A DNA stretch of 64,000 nucleotides. Origin: Octopus sinensis (taxonomy: Eukaryota). The stretch spans positions 1,550,001 through 1,614,000 of the forward strand of contig NC_043006.1 in assembly GCF_006345805.1 (NCBI RefSeq). Direction: 5' to 3'. Shown one piece after another: positions 50,968 through 63,164 of the stretch; within the stretch, counting starts at the first letter, position 1, and every line of letters begins with the position of its first letter. The notes under the pieces are model-generated. The model was given only the letters and a program-made list of their open reading frames with translations, had not been told where the DNA came from and did no database searches. The position numbers were made by a program, and so were the translations under genes.

Positions 50968-51639
50968 TTCACGCTGATTTCAAAAGATCCCTTTTCCCCA
51001 CAACCCCATTTTTTACGGAAACCGACGATCTTCTTCCCAAATGTAAATAAACACACGTGGTTTACAGGTGACAGTCGTGTGACTAGTAACACAAGATCAC
51101 CAGCGTGCAATTTGATCAGGGAACGTTGATTTGATGGAGCGAAGGCGCTTTAGGTACGCACACACATTTGATCACTATAAATAAACCGGCGGAAGTAAAG
51201 AATGTGTACACCACCTGTTTTCAGTGGGGGTTTTTTCCCCTCCAAAAAAATTTTTTCGGATCTGTTTTCGATATAGTAGAATGCGATTTGGGCCAAAAAT
51301 TAGGGTTTCAAAATTTAAATTTCCCGACATGCTAGAAACAACAGCTAAACGACAGTGTTCTTGGAAAAACTTACCCGCTTTCATAAAGGCTAAAAGTAAA
51401 ACATTCGGAGGTAATGGGTGGAGGTTGGGGGGGCAAGACTTCCCACACACACACCCACACAAAAACACGCAGTACCTGGAACCATGTGGTTCATAAGCAA
51501 GCTACTCCTATGCCTATTTATTATTTTTTTTTCAAACATAAACCCCCTGTTTTCGGCTACGGAGAACACGAATCTGCAAAAAAATTGGCGAAAATCGGCA
51601 TTTTAAAATTACTCCCACCCTAAATTCTTCATAGATAGA
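50617..51639 (-). mobile_element. Probable non-autonomous Helitron (~1 kb) with nested palindrome
   Basis: CTAG at 50617-50620 with hairpin GACCCGTCGTTGCCGGGTC; candidate A|TC start at 51639 on the minus strand. Confidence 0.45.
50726..50793. repeat. 68-bp near-perfect palindrome (mini-MITE)
   Basis: TACTAGTAGCGTAGACTGGACCCGG ... CTGGGTCCAGTCTACGCTACTAGTA. Confidence 0.8.
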
Positions 51640-52699
51640 TATGGCTGGTTTTATGGGGTTACCCTAGTTTTCACATCCATAAAGCTTGACAACATTTCCT
51701 CAAACCCTAAACCCGTTGGCCTGTGGCCTCTCTAGAAAAATGGAGGGGGGAAAAGACTTTGTAACTATAGGTCAACATCAAGGTACTGTCTCCGTATGAC
51801 TGTTGGATCCAGGACGCCAACAGGAATTTCCAGAAGTATATGCAGGGTTTGAAGAATTCCATCCTGGTGTTAAGAATTTTCCCCACATTGAAGGTGTCTT
51901 TAATATCCTTGACTGTTTGGTTATGCACAATTTACAGTGCTTGGTCCCATTGATATAGGGGCCTGAATTTTCTAAGATCTTCCATGTGGAGTCCCTTCAT
52001 CTTTCAGCTGCCATACATGGCTGGCTAGGGACATAGTGTATCTCCTCTCTGCAATCCTGAAAGAGGATCTGTGGTTGGAGGGGCGCTGCTTGAACATGTT
52101 CTTGGAACATCTGATGTATATTCATGTGTGAGTGTTGGTGATGTTGATGCTAATGCGACCACTGTTGCTGCTGTTGTTGTTGTTGTTAAGCAACAAGATG
52201 GGTAAGGGTGATAAGGTGATGGTCTAGGGCTTAGGGGCGGGAGACCCCAGACCTTGGAAAAGAAAAAAAACTTTGGTCGTCTTGTTGTAGTTGAGGGCTC
52301 TTCGTTGACGCCCCACACCACTGGGAAGTGGCCCTCGAAGTCGTCGCTGGAAATGGAGATCTCCAGGTCCAAATTCTTGGACAGCAATGTTGCTGGTGCT
52401 GGTGATGTTGGTATTGGTGCTGGTGCTGTGAATGCTGGCAAAGGGGAGAATCGGTGGTGGTGGTGGTGTTGTTGATGGTATTATAGTCATCATCATTAGT
52501 ATTGCTGGAGCTGTTATTGGCCTGTTGTGGTGGCTGGTGTTGTTGCTGCTGTAATTGTTATCATTAGTGCTGCTGCTCTTATTCCTGCCGTTGTCATTGG
52601 AGAAGCTGCTACTGTTGCTACTAGGGTCTGCTACCACCTCAACTTCATAGACAACTTCCTTTGTTTAGCAATGCCCCCCCCCCCCCCCACTGGGCATCT

Positions 52700-54680
52700 G
52701 TTGTAGACCCTGCATGAACATCACACCTTCACTCATGGCTTAGGTGTGTTAACTAGAATTCTCTTTATATTGGGGGCACAGCTAAAAGGGACCATTAGGT
52801 TTTGCCTGTTGAAAGTGCATTCATAGCTCTGTGATTGTGTGAAGTGTTTACCTACTGGTCTAACGAATACCTTACCTACACACATTTTTATGTTGTGGAA
52901 GAAGTTGAGGGAGAAACCAAGTGATATTTCTATGGTGCTTCCTTCTGTGGGTGTTAGGGCCTGGCATGTAGGAGATGCGATCCCTAAACCTGCTAGCAGC
53001 TAATGCCTCATTATAGTTGCGTGTTGCATCTCAAAAATCTCTTGGATAGGTTCGTGATCCTCTTGCTGACATCTTTCAGCAGGTTTTTGAACATGATGGG
53101 TGGGTGGGTGGCAGGCGGCCGTGTTGATGTGTGTCAGCTGTTAATAGTTTTTCAGTTTTTCTAAGTTTCTCAATTCCCTGCTCTTCCAGTTTATGTGTTG
53201 AAGATGTAATTTATGAGTGAGTGGCTAGCATGTGTACTTACCCTTATTATCTTGAGTTCAGTGTTTGATATTAATCTAACTCTTCTATTATATTCTCACC
53301 TAATGTTCTCTTTCATTTCTGTGTGTTGTATTTTAGCTGTTTTGTCTACTCCAAGACATTTGTGTGGGTAATTGCAGTCTCATTCTCTGATTTCTGTGTC
53401 TATTTCAAGTGCCGTGTTTCCAGTGCTGATTAATTTGCCTCTTCTCAGTGTCACTAAGGCATATTTGTCCAGCCCCATCCTCATTCCAATGTCCTTCATG
53501 AAGCTATGGACAATTTTGAGAAGGTTTCTCTGTTCCGTGGTGTTTTTAGTAAAAATTTTAAAATCATCCTTTTTAGTAGATGGTTTATTGTTCATCGATA
53601 GCATCTATGACCCATGATAGTTTCATTTGAAAAGTTTGTTAGTGGAGCCAGAGCAAGCTAGAACAGCAGGGGTGACAGTCACCTTGAGAAAACCATCTTC
53701 ATATGTGTATAGGGCAGGTTTTAATGACTTGTGATTCATTTTCCAGCATTATACTGGTTTTCCAGTTTCCTATTGTATGTTTAATATATTTTAGTAATGT
53801 TGGAGTTACTTTATTTGTGTGGAGAGATTCTAGTATCAATCATCATCATCATCATCATTGTTTAACGTCCGCTTTCCATGCTAGCATGGGTTGGATGATT
53901 TGACTGAAGACTGGCAAACCAGATGGCTGCTCCAGGCTCCAGTCTTGATCTGGCAGAGTTTCTACAGCCGAATGCCCTTCCTAATGCCAACCACACCGAG
54001 AGTGTAGTGGGGGCCAGTCAGGCAGTACTGGCAATGACCTCACTCGAATCTTTTTACACATGCCACCGGCACAGGTGCCAGTAAGGTGACATTGGTAATG
54101 ATCACGCTTGAATGATGCCCTTTTATGTGCCACTGGCATGGAAGCCAGTTGGTCGCTCTGGCAACGATCACGCTCGGATGGTGCTCTTGGCACCCTATGG
54201 CACGGGGGCCAGTCAGGCGGTACTGGCAATAACCTCACTCAAATCTTTTTACACATGCCACCAGCACAGGTGCCAGTAAGGTGACACTGGTAATGATCAC
54301 ACTCAAATGGTGCCCTTTTATCAGTGAGTGTGGAACTCTGTTGAATGCTTTCTGTTAATCAATCCAAGTCCTTCTGAGAATTGTCTTTCTCTTACGGCCC
54401 CCTGTAATGTCTCATTTTACCAGAAGCTGCTCCTTACAACCAGAAATCCCTTTCTGGCACTGCTTTTGCTCTTCTGGTAAAACATTGTTGTTTTCCAGGT
54501 GTATTAGAAGCCAGTTATGGATGACCGATGGAAGGATTTTCTACATTGTTGATAAGCACATTATTTTATAAGGCCTGTAATTTTTTGGCTGTATGGTGTC
54601 TTTGTTCCTGGAAACTTGGGTGGTTTGTCCTTCCAGCATCCAGTTTGGTATTGATTCTAGTTCACTTATCAATAAATTAA
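52700..54680 (-). mobile_element. Old Dong/R4-type non-LTR RT remnant, interrupted by an RTE 3' end (53840-54322)
   Basis: Broken minus-strand motifs: QKQCQKGISGCKEQLL, WID.QKAFNRVPHS, DDFKIFTKN..FMKDIGMRMGLDK. Confidence 0.65.
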
Positions 54681-54720
54681 ATGTTGCTTATTGTTGTTGT
54701 TATTATTATTATCATTATTC

Positions 54721-55058
54721 TGTAGTTTTATTTTTATAGCGTGCTTTCACTTCACTACCGAGCGCAGCTCTGTGTGCCTTGGGTATGTGCTGTGATTTGT
54801 TGTGATGCTCTGATGGTTATTGTATGGAAAGTGTTCTGCGTAGGATGTGTGCAGTGCCTAGTAGTGCAATTTTCTGTATGTTATATGTGTTTGTAAGTCC
54901 TGGTGTTTTTGTTATGTATTTGTCTGAATATTTTTTTATCATGCCTAATGCACCTACTATGATAGGAATTGTTTCTGTTTTCAGATTCCACATTCTAGTT
55001 ACCTCTATTTCCAGGTCTTTGTATTTTGAGAGTTTCTCCATTTCTTTTAGAGACACGT
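54721..55058 (-). mobile_element. Young 5'-truncated Dong/R4 element (restriction-like endonuclease end) in a (TAA)n tract
   Basis: KEMEKLSKYKDLEIEVTRMW..IPIIVGALG..IQKIALLGTAHILRRTL; flanked on both sides by TTA repeats. Confidence 0.85.
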
Positions 55059-55596
55059 TATTATTATTATTATATTATTATTATTATTATTATTATTATT
55101 ACTGCTGTTGTTATTGTTGTTGTTGTGGTGGTGGTGGTGTCGTCGGTGGCAGTGGTGGGGGTAAGATTGACCAAATGCTGAGTGGCATTTCTTCTGTCTT
55201 TACATTCTAAGTTGAAATCCTGCCAAGGTTAACTTTGCATTTCATCTTCTCGGGGTCAGGAAAATATGTACCAGAGGAACCCTGGGTTCGATGTCTTTGA
55301 TTAGACTCTTCCCTCCAAATTCTAGGCCTTGCACCCGTATCAGAAAAGATCATTATTATTATTATTATGATTATTTAAGGTGGCCAGCTGGCAGAACTGT
55401 CAGCACATCAGGCGAAATGCTTAAGGGCATTTTGTCTGTCGCTACTTTCTGAGTTCTAATTCCACTGAGGTCGACTTTGCCTTCCATCCTTTCAGGGTCG
55501 ATAAATTAAGTACCAGTGAAACATTGGGGTCAGTGTAATCAACTAGTCCCCCACCCCCAACAACTGCTGCCCTTGCGGCAAAATTTTAAACCATTT

Positions 55597-55863
55597 GTGG
55601 TAGTGGTAGTAGTAGTAGTAGTAGTGGTGTTGGTGGTGGTGGTGGTGGTGGTGGTGGTAGTAGTAGTAGTGGTGGTAGTAGTAGTAGTAGTGGTGGTAGT
55701 AGTAGTAGTGGTGGTAGTAGTAGTAGTGGTAGTAGTAGTGGTAGTAGTAGTGGTGGTAGTAGTAGTGGTAGTAGTAGTAGTAGCAGTAGTAGTGGTGGTA
55801 GTGGTAGTAGTAGTAGCAGTAGTAGTGGTAGTGGTAGTAGTAGTAGTAGTAGTAGTAGTAGTG
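55597..55863. repeat. (GTA/GTG)n trinucleotide microsatellite
   Basis: Direct inspection; source of the poly-V and poly-T pseudo-ORFs. Confidence 0.97.
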
Positions 55864-56085
55864 TGATAAGCTGACAAGATGCTTAACGATATTACTTCTG
55901 CCTCTTTACAAATTCCACAAAAGTAGACTTCACCTTTTTAAATTTTCAGGTGTAATAAAGTAAGTTGAACCCCAGGGGTCAATGCAGTCAGCTAACCACT
56001 CTCCAGGAAATTGCTGGTTCTGTGCCAAAATTAGAAATTTCTATTCTTGTTGTTGTTGTGCTGATCCCTATTTCTATTATTGTAG

Positions 56086-56337
56086 TCGTTGCAGGTAGAA
56101 GTTGTGTTGTTTGTACATATACGGAATTCAACGAAATATCTGGGAGTGTAAGAGAGATCCTCACCAACAGAAACAACGACAAATGCAAAGACTTAACTCC
56201 TGAAGACATTAACGTTGAAAACCCCACTGCTCAAGAGTCGGCCAAATTAGAAGACTGCCCAGTGGAAAACAACCAGTACACCGATACGTCTTGCGGCACA
56301 CTAACTGGTTCAGTTAATGCTACCCTTCTTGGATCTA
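56086..56337 (+). CDS. Ly6/uPAR-like gene, exon 2 (Cys1-5)
   Basis: (VVA)GRSCVVCTYTEF..DKCKDL..EDCPVE..TSCGTLTGSVNATLLGS|GTAAGT; alternative in-frame acceptor at 56095. Confidence 0.8.
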
Positions 56338-57045
56338 GTAAGTTAATTAATATTAATATAAATTGAGAACTAAGGTGGTGAGCTGGCACAATCATTATCA
56401 CACTGGCAAAATGCTTAGGGGCATTTTGTCTGTCGCTACGTTCTGAGTTCAAATTCCGCCGAGGTCGACTTTGCCTTTCATCCTTTCAGGGTCGATAAAT
56501 TAAGTACCAGTTACGCACTGGGGTCAATCTAATTGACTTAATCCCTTTGTCTGTCCTTGTTTGTCCCCTCTGTGTTTAGCTCCTTGTGGGTAGTAAAGAA
56601 ATTATATATATATATATATGGGACCAGTTACGTTCTGAGTTCAAATTCCGCCGAGGTCGACTTTGCCTTTCATCCTTTCAGGGTCGATAAATTAAGTACC
56701 AGTTACACACTGGGGTCGATCTGATTGACTTAATCCGTTTGTCTGTCCTTGTTTGTCCCCTCTGTGTTTAGCTCCTTGTGGGCAATAAAGAAATAAGAAT
56801 CGTTATCACACTAAGCAAATTGCTTAGTGGCATTTTGTCCCACATTTGAACTTTCAAATTCAAGTTCAAATTCAACCAAGGTTGACTTTGCCTTTTATCC
56901 TTTCATGGTCGATAAAATAAGTACGACTTGAATGTTGGGCTTGATGTAATCAACTTATCTCCTACCCTCAAAATTGCTGGCCTTGTGCCACAATTTTGAA
57001 ATTAATATTAACTGATTACATCGTCATCATTCATCATTTATCATC

Positions 57046-57445
57046 ATGTGGCTTTGTGGTAAGAAGCTTGCTTCCCAACCACATGGTTATGGGTTCAGTC
57101 CCACTACATGGCACCTTGGGAAAGTACCTTCAGCTGTAGCCTCAGGTCAAAGGCCAATAAAGTCTTGTCAGTGGATTTGGTAGACAGAAAATGAAAGATG
57201 TGTGTCGCATGTGCGCTTGTGTGTGTGTGTGTGTGTGCCTACCTGTATTTGTCCCCCCACCACCGCTTGACAACCAGTGTTGGTGTGTTTACATCTCCAT
57301 AACATAGTGGTTCAGCAAAAGAGAATGATAGAATAAGTACCAGGCTTAAAAAAATAAGTTTTAGGATAAATTTGTTCAGCTAAAATCCTTCAAGGTGGTG
57401 CCCCAGCAGGGCCACAGACTAACGACTGAAACAAGTGAAAGAGAG
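57046..57445 (+). mobile_element. SINE family A (diverged)
   Basis: Similar to 3493-3894. Confidence 0.75.
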
Positions 57446-57998
57446 ATCAAAGATTGTTTTAATGTCCATTCTTGCATGGAAGTTTATTTGAGCCAGATCT
57501 TTCTATGACCAAATCTCTTTCCAGTCATTGACACTGAATTTTTTCCAAGCAAGGTAATATTTCTCCATTGGCCAAACATTTTTGCAAAATATTCAAAATG
57601 AACAACATTCATTTACAATAATCACATAATTTTAAGACAAAAAGACACAAACATACACACACTCTCACAAGCATACATACATGCATACATGCGACTGGCT
57701 TCACCCAGTTTCTTGCTATCAAATGCTCTCACAACGCTTTTGTTAACCAGAGCCTATTGTAAAAGACACCTGGCTAAGGTGCCACACAGTGGGACTGAAC
57801 TCAAAACCATGTGGCTGGGAAGCAACTGTGCCTATATAACTGTTATAAATATAATATACACAGACACATACACACATGTACTCACACACACATATATGTA
57901 CACACATATACATACATACACAAATGCCTGATATTCAATCAACTGGATTATCTGAATCTGAATTAACCTGTTAGTGGTCAAGCATTTCACTAACCTGT

Positions 57999-58313
57999 TG
58001 TGTCTGGGGAGAGTCATTTTCTTTTTGTGCCTTATAATGTAACACACTCACAGGTAAAATTTCCACTTATTTTTATTTTCCTAAAATTTTCGTTGCATCT
58101 TGCAACGTTTTGAGAGTCAAAACTATTGAAAAGGTTGCAAGATGCAACGAAAATTTTAGGACAATAACAATAAGAAAAAAGTGGAAATTTCATTGGTGAG
58201 TGTGTTACATTATAAGGCACAAAAAGAAAATGACTCTCCCTAGACACAACAGAATATGCTTCAACACACGAACTCACATAAAGAATCTTGCAAACCAAAT
58301 CCAGAAACGAAAT
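57999..58313 (+). mobile_element. Fold-back retro-insertion with 15-bp TSD (Penelope-like)
   Basis: ATTTCACTAACCTGT at 57984-57998 and 58314-58328; inverted arms at about 57995-58110 and 58129-58252. Confidence 0.75.
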
Positions 58314-58589
58314 ATTTCACTAACCTGTGTACTTTTAATGTAATTCTCATGCAGAATCAATGTGAGACTATGTGACAAAGATGTAGCTTTTGAATTATAA
58401 TTACAATCTACCCAAGGTACTTCTATAAAATTTCTGTCCACTCAATTTTACTCACAAGTTATGGGTGGATCCAAGGCTATAGAAAATAACTTTTGCCTCA
58501 TATTCTACACAGCAGGATTGAACCGAGAATACTGTAGTTGTGGAGTAAAAACTTTTTAACTATTACAGTCAAACTGTGTCTACATATAT

Positions 58590-59185
58590 ATCATCGTCAT
58601 CTTTTAACATCCATTTTTCATGTTGGCATGACTTGGAGGGTTTGACTGGGGTCTGGAAAGCCAGGAGGCTGCACTAGGCTCCAGTCTGATCTGGCAGTGT
58701 TTCTACAGCTAGATGACCCTCCTAATGCCAACCACTCCAACAGTGTAGTGGGTACTTTTTATGTGCCACCGGCACAGGGGCCAGGGGGGGCTGGCAATGA
58801 CCACGATTGGTTGGTGCTTTTTATGTGCCACCAGCACGGAAGCCAGTCATGGCGGCATTGGCATCATCCACATTCAGATGGTGCTTTTTACATGCCACCG
58901 GCACAGGGACCACAACTACAATTTCCATTTGATTTTGGTTTTGATGTACTTGACTCAATCAGTCTCCTCAAGCAGGGCATGTTGCCCTACGATCCAAGGT
59001 ACTTTTTGAGTGGGCTGGTTATGCAACACTTGGGTAGGTTACAGCTGTGGACTCACTTTATTTCCCAGGTCTTCTCAACCACAGCATATCTCCAGAGGTC
59101 TCGATCTTTTGTCATTGCCTCTGTGAGGCCCAATATTCGAAGGTCATGCTTCACCACCTCACTCCCATGTCTTCCTGGGTCTCCA
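58590..59185 (-). mobile_element. RTE LINE 3' portion
   Basis: Similar to 37155-37900. Confidence 0.75.
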
Positions 59186-59489
59186 TAGAGGGTATGTTTA
59201 CCTTGTAAAGAGATGGTTACATCCAAGGAAATGCTGGTTCAATACCTAGTATCATTGGGGAATGACATTCCCTTAAAATGATAAGTATATATTAAGCATA
59301 TAGTTTATATCCAATTAAATGAAGAAAATAAAATGGAGAATAGGAAGTTAATAATTCTTTATTATTAAGAAATTGGTCATCTTTGCTTCTTACAGCCATT
59401 TCAAATAATACTCAATAATTTAATTACAAATTTGTGCATTAAATTTGCATTTATGTGACATGAGCACAATTTCATCAGAGAAAAAGATA

Positions 59490-59878
59490 CACCTTGAGAT
59501 ATCATATGTGGTCCTGTCATTCCATAAGGCCTTAAGGTGAATGCTGCTACATATATTGAGGTTCTGAATAAAGTTGTTAAACTTTTGATCAACAGTGTAT
59601 GCAATGGAAGACGTTATGTCTTTCAACAAGATTCTGCCCCATCACACAAGGCTCATATGAACCAGAATGAATGGCTGACAGTTTGCATGATCCCATCACC
59701 CTCAACATTTGGCCACGTAGAGGCAGTTAATGATGCCTGTGGTGGTTTTATTGAATGAAATTATTAAGGTGACAATTTAGTTTTATGTTTGATATAAAAA
59801 TATGTTTTTTTCCTGCTTTTATATAAGCGTTTTTTAAAAACTATGTATCTGTTCTGAAATACCGTCTGCACCAGGTAT
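59490..59878 (+). mobile_element. Tc1/mariner-superfamily transposase remnant
   Basis: VNAATYIEVLNKVVK..YVFQQDSAPSHKA catalytic-domain motif. Confidence 0.75.
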
Positions 59879-59885
59879 ATATATA

Positions 59886-59943
<58 letters not shown>

Positions 59944-60129
59944 CATCATCATCATTTAACATCTGTTTTCCATGCTGGCATGGGTTAAATACTTTGGCAG
60001 AAGTTTACCTACTGAAGAGCTGCCCAAGGTCCATGTCTGTTTTGACATAGTTTCTATGGCTCTATGCCCCTCCTAACACCAACTGCTTTACAATGTGTAC
60101 TGGGTGCTTTTACACACACGTGTGTGTTT

Positions 60130-60174
<45 letters not shown>

Positions 60175-60684
60175 ACTTTGCCTGTGACATTGCATAATAG
60201 TTCAAAACAAATGTCACCATCACTCAAGTGGTCTTCATTTCCAATGTTCTGAGACAAATCTGGTCATGGAGAAATATTACCTTACTTGAAAACAGGTGAG
60301 GGCTGGTGATATGAAGGGCATCCAGATTTAGAAAATCAACCTCAATAATCTCCGTCCAATGCACACAAGCATGAAAATGTGGTTCTTAAAACAACGATGA
60401 CAAGCAGCCTTTCTTTACATGGCAAACCAATATGAAATATGCAGCTGTTTGATGTGATTAAAAATCTGAAGCAAAAAGTGTAACAACTGAATTTGTTTTG
60501 ATGGAAAGCAAAACATTTCCAAAGTGAAACTGTTACATATCATGTGAATCTAAACAAGAAAACAGGTGTAAACTTGGGCAGGGGGTGGGTAGGGTGTTTC
60601 CAATTTAGAAATGCAAATATACAGTCATTCTGCAATCCAAAACAAAAATCTGGTTCTAAGTGTCTCAACTAAAATATTAGCTCC

Positions 60685-60736
<52 letters not shown>

Positions 60737-61602
60737 CGCGCGTGCGTCCATGTGTTTGAAAATCACAAAAGAAAAGACCACTTGTATCTCATAAACAGAA
60801 TTAGATAAGATTAAGGCATCTATGAATTGACCAAAGTCCTGCAGTCTTTGCCTTCTTATACAGAAGCTTCACCTCAGCTACAATCCTATCTTACATCTTA
60901 ACTGGTAATAAAGAAATGGTTTCAGTCCACTTACACATGCCTAAATTCCTCCTTGACAATTTCAAAGAAGACACAGCCATTCTGTTGCCTGGCAGACAAC
61001 AACCACTGACCTATACAGGTTACACTGCCATCATATTAGTTTGGAACCTACCAATTTGTACCGTCACCTGAACAAGTGAGGAAGACCACAAGTCAAGTTG
61101 TGTACTATCTGTTTATCATCTCTCATAAAATATGTTTGTGTATTGGAGGATGTGTGTTTATGTACACCTTCTGGTGATGTATATTGGTAAAAGATGTAAA
61201 CACGGATGAGGAAACTGATAAACAGGTGCTTTTGAATGAGGCACATTATGGTATTTGTTCTACCTGTATAATACAAGCAATCTTTTGTCATCGTATAATC
61301 AATGAACCCATCACTGTCCTATTGTAAAATCTGTGATCAATAATTCTAATTTTTTACAAAATATTATGTAAAATAAATAAATAAATAAAATTTGCTATAA
61401 AGTGAGCATGATAAGTTTTCACAACCGTAATACACATCTGAGAACTTACATTTCTTCAATCAAGAGGTCACCGTGTATTTCTGCTTGTACTTTGCATGTC
61501 TTAATATAAAACCATTTTGAGAACATTCTTAAATTTAAATGTGATTTTTGTTTTAGAAGCGACTCAATAATGTAAATGTTATCAATATCGCATACTCAGT
61601 GT

Positions 61603-61818
61603 AAGATGGTGAGCTGGCAGAATCATAAGCACACCAGACGAAATGATTGGTGGCAGTCCATCCATCTTTTACATTCTGAGTTCAAATTCTGCCAAGGTCG
61701 ACTTTACCTTTCATCCTTTCAGAGTCAATGAAATAAGTACCCTTTGAGTACTGGGATCAATGTAATCAACTTATCCCTTCCCCAAAGTTGCTGGCCTTGT
61801 GCCAAAATTTGAAACCAA
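61603..61818 (+). mobile_element. SINE family B
   Basis: AAGATGGTGAGCTGGCAGAATC head and shared core. Confidence 0.8.
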
Positions 61819-62075
61819 TTTCACATACTTAATGTATGTGTCTTGTTAAATGCTACAAAACTGCAGTATTTCATCTCAGAGAAGTCTCCCTCTCGATGTA
61901 TAGTGTTGAAAAACACAGCCTACAGCTTTGAAGTTATACTTTGTTTTTTTAAAGAGACTTCCCTTAGACAAAATACTGGAGCTTTGTAGTTTTTAATCAC
62001 ACACATCCATTAAGTATGTGATGTTGATACAATATTCTACTAAAAAAACTAATGCAAATGATTTTTACTTTGTAG

Positions 62076-62368
62076 AATCGAGAGTGACTGTATTTCACCG
62101 TGGATGTTTGGAAATTGAGAAAGATAGCCCAAGAATATGTGCTGAAAGGACCAATACAGAAATAGACATGAAATCAAACCTGGCCGTTATATTTTCTAGC
62201 ATTAGCAAGTACAAAATTCTGTCATTTTCAGGACGCAGGTGTGTCTGTGATGACCATGTTTGCAACGAGGAATCTATTGCCGCCAGAAGTATGTATGCTT
62301 CAAATAGTCTCCTACTTTTAGGTTTTACCATTTCTATGTTGTCTCAGGCCCTGATCAAGGATTATTAA
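62076..62368 (+). CDS. Ly6/uPAR-like gene, last exon (Cys6-10, GPI-signal-like tail)
   Basis: TAG acceptor in phase 1; SRVTVFHRGCL..RICAE..RRCVCDDHVCNEE..SNSLLLLGFTISMLSQALIKDY*; CxC..CN motif; AATAAA at 62468 and 62680. Confidence 0.85.
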
Positions 62369-63164
62369 TTAAGCAGAGAACAAAAGAAATTGTAAATGCT
62401 TGTTTTTGATTATATTTTGTTAATGCAATTGCGTACTTTACTTTGATAAGCATTTTATACTTGTTTAAATAAAATATAAATTCTTGTAAATTTTTGATAA
62501 CCTGTATATCTATCAGTCTGTCCGTATATTCAACCAATCAAACTATTCATTACCAAGTCCAACCAAAGAAATATATTTTGTTGTATTTCTCACCGTTGTA
62601 TAAAAATGTGAATTCAACAAATACAAGAACATTTATATCAAAATCATTTCTTCATAATATCTGTCTAGATTGGAAGTTTAATAAAGAAAATGCATAGAAA
62701 TAACTGGTTTTTTTTTGTTTTTTTTATCTTCCGCTTACCTATTACAAAGCTCCTAAAATTTCTAGACTTCAGTAATCCTGTGTAGTCCTATTTCATCTTT
62801 TTATTGTTTTTTTATTGGTGCCTGCATGGCTCCAGGTTCAGCCACCCTGCATAGCACCTTGGCTAAGTTGTCTTCTACTACAGCCTCAAGCTATGCCTTG
62901 TGGGTGGATTTAGTGGAACGAAACTCAAGCAATGATGGGGGTTCCTTTCAGCTACCCTGTTGTGGTCTTGTTTTGAAAACAACTTTTCAATTTTGTTCGT
63001 ATCGGCTTTCAAATTTTGCTAGTAGCTTCAGGCATCATGTTTTGTTCCAAAATCCTACCTCGGTCTTCATTTCCATCAGCCATCTTACTTCCTTTTGGCT
63101 ACCCATATAAATAAACATACCTGGCCAACATGTGCTTCATTATGGATTTAGCCATCTTACATTG

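Larger units (their letters stand above)
55145..57002 (+). mobile_element. Array of about six SINE B copies or fragments flanking the Ly6 exon
   Basis: Repeated GAGGTCGACTTTGCCTTTCATCCTTTCAGGGTCGATAAATTAAGTACCAG core; near-identical duplication of about 56438-56602 at 56630-56793. Confidence 0.8.

Noticed and set aside
51173-51200. CACTA-like transposon terminus
   Set aside because: No matching inverted terminus found.
52025-52637. Two ~138-aa minus-strand ORFs
   Set aside because: Low-complexity trinucleotide-rich sequence with no recognisable domain or splice context.
55516-55877. Poly-Val and poly-Thr ORFs
   Set aside because: (GTA/GTG)n microsatellite inside an intron.
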